Below are positions 1 to 5,956 of a stretch of DNA of 11,264 bases, piece after piece (position 1 is the first letter of the stretch; the number at the start of each line of letters is the position of its first letter). The position numbers and the translations under genes are program-made. The stretch is from positions 1 through 11,264 of the forward strand of contig DAOVER010000075.1 in the NCBI GenBank assembly GCA_030668875.1, written 5' to 3'. The notes beneath the pieces were generated by a model. That model saw only the letters and a program-made list of their open reading frames with translations. It ran no database searches and was not told the DNA's origin. Origin of the DNA: Candidatus Heimdallarchaeota archaeon. GTDB lineage: Archaea > Asgardarchaeota > Heimdallarchaeia > Heimdallarchaeales > Heimdallarchaeaceae.

Positions 1-566
1 TCAGAAATCTCTTCAAGACTCCAGATGTTTGATGTTATCCATTTATGTCTCATATTTTCATCAGTAGAATGTATAGAAAATTGAAGCTGGAAATTTCCAT
101 TTGGATAAAACTCATCTTTTACCGAAATAAGTTCATTTAGAAAATCCTCACCCCCGTTGGGTGCGATTGTACTTATGCAAGGCATTAATCCAGGAGCGTC
201 ATATGCTTTTGGTAACTCCTTCAAGACTTCTAGAACATCATTGTTCAAAGAAGGTTCTCCCATTCTTGCAAACTGGATCTTAAATTTCTCAATTGGAATT
301 TTACCATCCGGAAAACGATCTTTAATCATATAATCGATTTCTTCTAGCATCCCCTCTTTAGAGATGTTGCCATGGTAGTACTCTCCAGCGTCACACATTA
401 AACAACCTATTGGACAACCATACATGGTAGATATGACAAGTACCCATTTCTTCTCACGGGGGATTGGTGGTTGAAGACTCTCGACGAATTCTACAATATT
501 GCCATTTTGTTTAGCAATATAGAGAATGGCTAAATCTTCCTTACCATACTTACCTAGAAGTTCCAT
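1..566 (-). CDS. RlmN/Cfr-like (class A-like) radical SAM protein, 3' end outside window
   Basis: Manual translation from the ATG at 566 is open to the window edge (188 codons): MELLGKYGKEDLAILYIAK...KWVLVISTMYGCPIGCLMCDAG...QFARMGEPSLN...LQFSIHSTDE. CxxxCxxC lies at 393-416 and MGEP at 252-263; the SIH/STD segment resembles RlmN SLHA. GAGGG SD upstream; overlaps the upstream gene by 17 bp. Absent from the ORF track because no stop lies in the window. Confidence 0.88.
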   Translation of the reverse strand, partial: MELLGKYGKEDLAILYIAKQNGNIVEFVESLQPPIPREKKWVLVISTMYGCPIGCLMCDAGEYYHGNISKEGMLEEIDYMIKDRFPDGKIPIEKFKIQFARMGEPSLNNDVLEVLKELPKAYDAPGLMPCISTIAPNGGEDFLNELISVKDEFYPNGNFQLQFSIHSTDENMRHKWITSNIWSLEEIS

Positions 567-1470
567 GATAACCCTCTTTTTCAATAATCCTTTTTACTGT
601 TTCCATTGCAACCTTCATCCCATCTCCCATAGCAATCGAAACTTGTCTGAAATTATCTTTATTAACGTCACCAACAAATTTCAGTTTCGAATCTGTTTTT
701 GGATTATTGTATTCAGAGACTAAGTCTTCAGAGAGAAAATCATAATTCGGTTTTCTACCAATAGCGACAAAAACCAGATCTTTTACCATAGTGATAAGTT
801 TCCCATCCTCTTCGACATACAGGAATATTTTATCGTCTTTAAGCTCAAACTTCTTTATTACACTATTATTGAGAACAATAATGTTATCTGCATTATTCAC
901 TCTTTTTTGTAAGATTGGAAGACTCGATGTTTTATCAGTTCTACGTATAATTGCTATTTTGTTCGCTACATTTTGAAGATTTAGAGCATAATCATATGCT
1001 ACATCCCCGCTTCCTATTATACCGATATTTTTTTTATCTGTAAACTGTTTAACATTATACATTTCATAAAACAATTTTCTATTTAGAAAAGCTTCCTTTT
1101 CCCCCTCAACATCTAGCTTCTTAGGAACAGATCCTGTACCTATAAAGAGATACTCACTTATTATTTCTGTTTCAGCTGTTTTCGTTGTATACTTGTTACC
1201 CGTTTGCTCAACGATTAGCACTTCTTCTAGAATGATTGGAACACCGGCTTTTGTCAATTGTAATTGAAATGATTTAGCGAAATCTTTTCCAACTACGCCA
1301 TGAGGATAACCAATGAGGTTTTCAACAAGATTAGCATTTTTGATAGTTCCTCCTATTTCTTTAGAAACAAGGACTATTTCTATTCCTGATCTAGCTAGTT
1401 GAATCGCAGCTGTTGCACATGCAGGTCCTCCACCAATCAAAGCAACTTTAGTTATTAGTTTATTTTTCAT
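550..1470 (-). CDS. FAD/NAD(P)H-dependent oxidoreductase, thioredoxin-reductase (TrxB) fold, lacking the redox CxxC
   Basis: N-terminal GGGPAC dinucleotide motif, IGTG segment, second Rossmann motif IIGSGDVA followed by IRR, and C-terminal VGD...FRQVSIAMGDG (TrxB has GD...YRQAxxAxGxG). The only Cys is C18. GGGGAG SD upstream. Confidence 0.88.
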   Translation of the reverse strand: MKNKLITKVALIGGGPACATAAIQLARSGIEIVLVSKEIGGTIKNANLVENLIGYPHGVVGKDFAKSFQLQLTKAGVPIILEEVLIVEQTGNKYTTKTAETEIISEYLFIGTGSVPKKLDVEGEKEAFLNRKLFYEMYNVKQFTDKKNIGIIGSGDVAYDYALNLQNVANKIAIIRRTDKTSSLPILQKRVNNADNIIVLNNSVIKKFELKDDKIFLYVEEDGKLITMVKDLVFVAIGRKPNYDFLSEDLVSEYNNPKTDSKLKFVGDVNKDNFRQVSIAMGDGMKVAMETVKRIIEKEGYHGTSR

Positions 1471-2110
1471 TGATTATCTCCCCTGTTGATATACACGTAC
1501 CAAAACCATGCGATATCGCTCTTAGAGTCCCTATGTGTAGTTCTTCAGTATATGTAGCAGTAGCATCTATCACAAAGAAAACCTCAAACCCTCTCATGAA
1601 AGCATCGCGTGCAGTTGTCTCGCAACAAAGATGCGTCATTACTCCAGTTATGATTACTTGTTCAATATCATTATCTTTGAGAATGGTTTCTAGTTCTGTT
1701 TCATAGAATGCACTGTATTGGCTTTTTTCAATAATTTCTATAGCTCGCTTGTTTAACAAATGGGAGATTTTCGAAAGATTGTTATCAGGTTTAATATTGT
1801 CCTTCCACCATCTATTCATTGTATTCGATTCGTTATTAGTATCTAAATGTCTGGAGAATATTACCTTGTTTCCCATCCCTTGAATTATCTTGGAAATCTC
1901 TTGGATTGAGGGTATAATGTTTATTGAAGAAGGAACGAAAGCATGAGACTCTTCATTCACGAAGTAATTTTGCATATCCAGAACTAAGAGTGCTGCTTTT
2001 TTTAGATTTAATTCAAAAGGACGATATGCTTTAATTTTCTTGCACTCATCTAACCAGTAGCTCACCTTCTCCTCTCTGTTTTGTTCAGTTAGATAAACTT
2101 CCTTCATCAT
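1460..2110 (-). CDS. Isochorismatase-family cysteine hydrolase
   Basis: Catalytic triad motifs LLVLDMQNYF (Asp), EKSQYSAF (Lys) and ITGVMTHLCCETTARDAF (Cys). Overlaps the next gene by 11 bp. Confidence 0.93.
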   Translation of the reverse strand: MMKEVYLTEQNREEKVSYWLDECKKIKAYRPFELNLKKAALLVLDMQNYFVNEESHAFVPSSINIIPSIQEISKIIQGMGNKVIFSRHLDTNNESNTMNRWWKDNIKPDNNLSKISHLLNKRAIEIIEKSQYSAFYETELETILKDNDIEQVIITGVMTHLCCETTARDAFMRGFEVFFVIDATATYTEELHIGTLRAISHGFGTCISTGEIINEK

Positions 2111-2157
2111 TAAGGAAACAATGTTTTACCCTTTAAGAATGTTGTTTTGCTGAAAAT

Positions 2158-2172
2158 GTCACAACTTGTGAC
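2158..2172. promoter_or_regulatory. Perfect 7-1-7 palindrome GTCACAA-C-TTGTGAC, candidate operator
   Basis: Perfect dyad about 20 bp upstream of a weak TATA-like CTTAAAG (minus strand, 2131-2137) of the hydrolase operon. Confidence 0.45.
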
Positions 2173-2187
2173 CTCTTTCTGTGTTCA

Positions 2188-2205
2188 ATCCTTTTTAAAA
2201 GGGAT
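2188..2205. promoter_or_regulatory. Near-perfect 18-bp palindrome ATCCTTTTTAAAAGGGAT containing a TATA-like TTTAAAA
   Basis: 16/18 self-complementary; lies about 30 bp upstream of the small ORF at 2232. Confidence 0.35.
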
Positions 2206-2231
2206 AATGATGTTAAGATAGGTGCAAAAAA

Positions 2232-2333
2232 ATGAAAACAAAACTCATAACAAAATTAAAACTCCAAAAGAAACTCAAAATAGAGAGAAATAACGGACTA
2301 AAAACATACATCCTCCTAAAAGGTTCTCTCTAA
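2232..2333 (+). CDS. Candidate small basic protein, 33 aa (MKTKLITKLKLQKKLKIERNNGLKTYILLKGSL)
   Basis: Preceded by AGATAGGTGCAAAAAA-ATG, almost identical to AGATAGGTGTAAAAAG-ATG in front of the 242-aa flavodoxin-fold gene. TATA-like element upstream and a hairpin downstream. Below the ORF-track size cutoff. Confidence 0.35.
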   Translation: MKTKLITKLKLQKKLKIERNNGLKTYILLKGSL

Positions 2334-2345
2334 AATTCCATTTTT

Positions 2346-2364
2346 CTTATCTCCATAAGATAAG
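2346..2364. terminator. Hairpin CTTATCT-CCATA-AGATAAG between the methyltransferase stop and the convergent small ORF
   Basis: Perfect 7-bp arms, 11 nt beyond the methyltransferase stop. The region 2226-2290 is also strongly T-rich on the minus strand. Confidence 0.35.
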
Positions 2365-2375
2365 CATGACCTCTT

Positions 2376-3209
2376 TTATTTATATCCAAGAACGCTCTCA
2401 CCATCAGGTGTTTTCTTTGTACGAAAACCTGCAGAATTTAGTCTATTTTGGACACCTTTAACAAAATCTTTACCTCGATATTTTGAACCAGGATTACCTA
2501 CATAATGAAGTAATCTTCCTTTAGGTTTAAGAATACGATAAAGTTCATTATAAAATTCTTCAGAATACAACTCACCTGCGAAAGAGAAACGGGGAGGATC
2601 ATGAAGAATAACACTAAAGGAATCATTGTCGAATTTTTTGACTGATTCCGCTGCATTCTCGTTGATTAATTTAATTGTTCCCTGTTCTATACCGTCAAAA
2701 AGTTCTCTTGAATAAGGATTGAATCCAGCAATCTCCAATACATTGGGATCTTTCTCTATAGTTGTAACATTCGCATTTTTTCTCTTAGCTTGAATCGCTG
2801 TGTATCCCAGTCCTGTACATATATCAAGCACTATATCTGACGATTTAACTTTCACATATTCTAGTTTCCTATCAGCATCTTCTAAAGGTGTCATATGCTT
2901 TGTTCTGTGCATCCGAATCCCATCAATCTCTATTGTTGGAACTGTTCCCTTGATTGGTTCTAGTTTGTAATAGCATTCATCGAAAAAGGCAATCTTTCTG
3001 GGTTTTTTTTCAAGTAGGAAAGCTGCTTGAGCTTTCTCAAGTTTTTTTATCGTTTTTAGGGTGTAGGTAAAATCACCGATTCTGATATTGTCTCCCTTAA
3101 GATAGACAATTTGATTAGTTAATCCAAGATCTAGCCTTACTTTAATCGAGGTTTTTCTCTTTTGATGAGCATTAATAATCCTCTCAGCTTCAAATGAATC
3201 AATAATCAT
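2376..3209 (-). CDS. Class I SAM-dependent methyltransferase, predicted archaeal methyltransferase family (COG2521-like)
   Basis: Motif I VLDICTGLGYTA, acidic post-I IEKD, HDPPRF and ELYSEEFY motifs, plus the family-typical IEIDGIRMH segment. Confidence 0.88.
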   Translation of the reverse strand: MIIDSFEAERIINAHQKRKTSIKVRLDLGLTNQIVYLKGDNIRIGDFTYTLKTIKKLEKAQAAFLLEKKPRKIAFFDECYYKLEPIKGTVPTIEIDGIRMHRTKHMTPLEDADRKLEYVKVKSSDIVLDICTGLGYTAIQAKRKNANVTTIEKDPNVLEIAGFNPYSRELFDGIEQGTIKLINENAAESVKKFDNDSFSVILHDPPRFSFAGELYSEEFYNELYRILKPKGRLLHYVGNPGSKYRGKDFVKGVQNRLNSAGFRTKKTPDGESVLGYK

Positions 3210-3335
3210 AGTAACACTACTCTTAGCAGTTATGCGTTTAAGTTCTGGTTGGAATTAAATTTCTTACTTATTAAAATGGTGTTTCTTAAGATGAAAACAA
3301 ATTATACTTGAATCTAATACTATGTTCTTTCAATG

Positions 3336-3782
3336 TTAACAACCACAATCTTCAATCTCAACTTCTACCTCTAAATTATTACAATAAACTGTCCAAATTC
3401 CATATATTGAGAAAACAACTATTTGCTGAACTGAATATTCTTCTATTGCTTGTGTTACTTCACCAGTTGGTTCTATTGCATACAGATTAATGTACATATA
3501 ATGATCTAGGAGTGAATCTGGGAATACTACAGTTGGGGGTAATATCACATATCCTCCTGTTGGAAATGTCGCTTCCAAAGTGAAGATAACACTTTCTCCA
3601 GTGGTCAAATTACCACTAATTCTGACATCATCCAAGTCCCATTTAATAACATGTTCTCCATAAATTTCATTTATGTAATGATTTCTTGTTACAAAATATG
3701 TGATAGGAATACTTGAGGCTACTACTACAAAAATCAGTGATAGAGCTCCAATTAATGCCTTTCTAGATATTTGATAACTCAT
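3336..3782 (-). CDS. Membrane-anchored beta-rich protein with PTGGY motif (PrcB C-terminal-like), paralog 1
   Basis: Hydrophobic N-terminal helix (residues ~9-32), FPTGGY and EPTGEVTQAI segments. Ungapped manual alignment with 6624-7058 gives 67/144 identities, confirming a real gene. The PrcB-C assignment is motif recall only. Confidence 0.75.
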   Translation of the reverse strand: MSYQISRKALIGALSLIFVVVASSIPITYFVTRNHYINEIYGEHVIKWDLDDVRISGNLTTGESVIFTLEATFPTGGYVILPPTVVFPDSLLDHYMYINLYAIEPTGEVTQAIEEYSVQQIVVFSIYGIWTVYCNNLEVEVEIEDCGC

Positions 3783-3810
3783 GATTTGATTTTGTCATAT
3801 AGTCATATAA
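3781..3810. repeat. Left copy of 30-bp inverted repeat (ATGATTTGATTTTGTCATATAGTCATATAA)
   Basis: 26/30 identical to the reverse complement of 5121-5150. Contains GTCATAT twice with an 8-bp period. Confidence 0.9.
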
Positions 3811-3910
3811 CATTATCTTCTTTAGAGTTTCATTGCTGGATAGCTCACTCTAAGGGGGTAAACCACGTACCCTCCTACCCCGCCCACACTACGCTTAGGC
3901 AGTGCTTGCG
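3811..3910 (-). ncRNA. Putative omegaRNA scaffold overlapping the tnpB 3' end
   Basis: TnpB omegaRNAs are known to overlap the gene 3' end. This GC-richer tail has several stems: TTAGAGT/ACTCTAA (3822-3828 with 3847-3853), GGGGTA/TACCCC and CACT/AGTG. Boundaries are approximate. Confidence 0.45.
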
Positions 3911-5081
3911 GATCGCCTTTAAGTAAAATGTTGTAAGCAGCGTTAACATCTGCGTTAATTAGAACACCTGTTGCAGAACAAAATAGCCCTCTGTGAACCC
4001 TTCTCCCTTGATAGTTTGCCTGTTTTTGGGATAATTCATTATCCAAGAAACTGCATTTAGAGGAATAAGATTCTTCTATCTTTTCCACTTTTATCCCCTT
4101 CTCTTCAGCTTTGTAAGTGAGTAAATTGATCAGTTTATCAAAAGGGACAATAACAAAGAGTTGGGTAGTCTTCTTCCTCAATCTCAGTTGTTGTTTCCAG
4201 AGAGGATTGTAACCAATGAAGATGGTATGTAAGCCTCTTTTTTCCCATAATTCGACCAGGAACTTGCTAACCTTGTGCAACCAATCTTTCATCTTCCATC
4301 TCCAATGTTGGCGGAGATGAAGGAAAGATTTCCCGTACTGTAATCTGTTCTTTTTACCCAATTGTTTTCGCTGTTGTTCTGCATACTGTTTTTGTAACCT
4401 TTTTACTTCTTTCATGTAATACTGTGTGATGGATTTTACTCCTTTCCCCTCGTCCTTGATGACAATCGGACGCGATCCGATGTTATCCACGAAAGTCACG
4501 AGGTTGGTTAGCCCTAAATCGATAGAACCTTTTCTCTTCCTCTTTTTTTTAATTTGTTTAGGAAGTTGTTTGTGATAGACAAGCTCTATAGTATATCCTA
4601 CACCTCGAGGAATGATCCGTACTTCCCTTAAGTCATCTTGAGCTGTTAACCTAGTTTTGATCGTAAACTTAACTTTTTTTGGTAACACTACCAGCCCATT
4701 AATGATTCTTGGTTGTTGGTTACTGAAGATAGCTATGGTCTCTCCTGTAGGTTTCTTGTAATAGGGAGAGTGGGGGCAACTAAGGAACTTCTGTGGGTAT
4801 TTCTTCCACTCTTTTAATGCTTGAAAATAAGCCTTCCAGTTCCTTGCCAAGAATTTAAGCGTGTGTTGAGCGGTGTGAGCAGGTAAAAGTTTGTAGCACT
4901 GCTCACCCTTTAAGAGTCTGTCTAAATCATTGTAAAAGAGTACTTTGTTGTTTTTCTTTAACTCTTCTTTTATCAGAAAGTTTCCTCGATTGTAGAGGTT
5001 CTTAGTGAGATGACAAAGTTTACTTAACTCTTTGTTTTTGCGCATTTCTATTATTTCTGTCCGCAAGACTTTAATCATCAT
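3822..5081 (-). CDS. tnpB: TnpB-family RNA-guided endonuclease with rearranged RuvC-II
   Basis: N-terminal LCHLTKNLYN, RuvC-I SIDLG (D188), RuvC-II position FIGYNPLWKQ (G290 in place of Glu), alternative Glu in EESYSSKCS (E336/E337), RuvC-III NADVNAAYNI (D378). No CxxC..CxxC zinc finger. Confidence 0.95.
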   Translation of the reverse strand: MMIKVLRTEIIEMRKNKELSKLCHLTKNLYNRGNFLIKEELKKNNKVLFYNDLDRLLKGEQCYKLLPAHTAQHTLKFLARNWKAYFQALKEWKKYPQKFLSCPHSPYYKKPTGETIAIFSNQQPRIINGLVVLPKKVKFTIKTRLTAQDDLREVRIIPRGVGYTIELVYHKQLPKQIKKKRKRKGSIDLGLTNLVTFVDNIGSRPIVIKDEGKGVKSITQYYMKEVKRLQKQYAEQQRKQLGKKNRLQYGKSFLHLRQHWRWKMKDWLHKVSKFLVELWEKRGLHTIFIGYNPLWKQQLRLRKKTTQLFVIVPFDKLINLLTYKAEEKGIKVEKIEESYSSKCSFLDNELSQKQANYQGRRVHRGLFCSATGVLINADVNAAYNILLKGDPQALPKRSVGGVGGYVVYPLRVSYPAMKL

Positions 5082-5100
5082 ACTTTTCTCTTGCTTTCCC

Positions 5101-5108
5101 TATATAAA
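5101..5108 (-). promoter_or_regulatory. TATA box TTTATATA of tnpB (probably leaderless transcript)
   Basis: 19 nt upstream of the ATG, no obvious SD, spacing typical of an archaeal promoter. Confidence 0.6.
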
Positions 5109-5120
5109 CTCAGAAAATAT

Positions 5121-5150
5121 TAACATGACAATATGACAAAGTCAAATCAT
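5121..5150. repeat. Right copy of 30-bp inverted repeat (TAACATGACAATATGACAAAGTCAAATCAT)
   Basis: Reverse complement ATGATTTGACTTTGTCATATTGTCATGTTA matches 3781-3810 at 26/30. Confidence 0.9.
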
Positions 5151-5212
5151 ATGAACATGTTGGGTATGGGATTAATATTTCTTTCTTATTTTTTTGAGCT
5201 CCCAAGGATATT

Positions 5213-5227
5213 GTAAATACTATTTAC
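5213..5227. other. Perfect 7-1-7 palindrome GTAAATA-C-TATTTAC directly after the flavodoxin-fold gene stop
   Basis: The dyad is seen directly and abuts the TGA at 5228-5230. Function unknown. Confidence 0.35.
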
Positions 5228-5956
5228 TCATCTTTCATAGGGTTTATCTCTTAGCTTATCTTCAGCACCAAATTGTTTTGCTGCTTCAGGCCAAGTACTA
5301 TTGGCACCCTTCACATATGATTCTAAAGGCATTGGAATAAACTCTAATTTCTGAAGGTCATCTTTTGGAACAATTTCACCTTTGCTCAAATGCTTCACTG
5401 ATGATCTAATTACGGAATCAAGAATTTTTGTAGGTTTATTATAAATTTCTTGTCTATAATCATCCTCTGGTAATTGTTCCATCATCTTCAAGAACTCTGG
5501 TATGGGGTATGTGGCATATGTTCCAGCAGCACCAATTGGTAAACCTCCTGCCCAAATTAAATCATTTTTCTTTGCAAATTGTTCATAGATTTTCAAAACT
5601 AAACTGTTATGATAATATTCAAGAAAACCAGCATTTGATATTGCAAAAAGATGTCTTGTTTTGTTGCTTAGCTTACCTTGTTGAAACACTTCAGATATGA
5701 TATCCATTAGTTTAATTGTCATATAAGGAGCTTGATCTATATAGAGTGGCGATGAGATTAGGACAATGTCGCTATCATCGATAGACTTGATCATCTCTTC
5801 TGTTTTTTCTTGATTCTTTAGTGTTTTATATACACCAAAGGTCTTCACAATTATCTCTTTCTCCTCAAATAAGCTTACAAGATAGGAGCCAATAGAATGA
5901 GAGGCACTTTTATCTCCCCTTGGACTACACATTAGGAAAGTTAACTGTTTATTCAT
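5228..5956 (-). CDS. Flavodoxin-fold NAD(P)H-dependent (FMN) oxidoreductase
   Basis: Phosphate-binding loop CSPRGDKSAS, SSPLYID and ISNAGF segments typical of the NADPH-dependent FMN reductase-like fold. AGGTG SD; 4-bp ATGA overlap with the upstream gene. Confidence 0.82.
   Translation of the reverse strand: MNKQLTFLMCSPRGDKSASHSIGSYLVSLFEEKEIIVKTFGVYKTLKNQEKTEEMIKSIDDSDIVLISSPLYIDQAPYMTIKLMDIISEVFQQGKLSNKTRHLFAISNAGFLEYYHNSLVLKIYEQFAKKNDLIWAGGLPIGAAGTYATYPIPEFLKMMEQLPEDDYRQEIYNKPTKILDSVIRSSVKHLSKGEIVPKDDLQKLEFIPMPLESYVKGANSTWPEAAKQFGAEDKLRDKPYER

Larger units (their letters stand above)
3781..5150 (-). mobile_element. Putative non-autonomous tnpB-only element bounded by 30-bp inverted repeats
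   Basis: Single cargo gene tnpB with its own TATA box, no tnpA in the window, inverted repeats at both ends, and an AT dinucleotide at both outer termini. Exact boundaries are inferred. Confidence 0.6.

Noticed and set aside
1-566. Assigning the symbol rlmN or cfr
   Set aside because: The resolving Cys is absent, MGMGEP is altered, the operon context is atypical, and the C-terminal Cys is not visible.
2232-2255. Small ORF starts MKTKLITK while the TrxB-fold protein starts MKNKLITK
   Set aside because: Similarity ends after 8 residues, several codons differ, and K/L/I/T are enriched in AT-rich sequence; likely coincidence.
3336-3347. C-terminal CXC (DCGC) of paralog 1 resembling a Rab geranylgeranylation motif
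   Set aside because: Paralog 2 lacks it, the domain is probably extracytoplasmic, and a disulfide or chance explanation is simpler.
4212-4214. TnpB as a nuclease-dead TldR-like repressor because the RuvC-II Glu is missing
   Set aside because: Both Asp residues are intact and an alternative Glu is present at the spacing known for active rearranged RuvC enzymes.
4530-4550. KKKRKRK as a nuclear localisation signal in TnpB
   Set aside because: Basic runs before RuvC-I are common in nucleic-acid-binding TnpBs and are favoured by A-rich codons; there is no evidence for a targeting role.
5151-5216. 21-aa plus-strand ORF (MNMLGMGLIFLSYFFELPRIL) starting just outside the right repeat
   Set aside because: No SD, a degenerate TATA in that repeat copy, and a length expected by chance. 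Not called as a gene.
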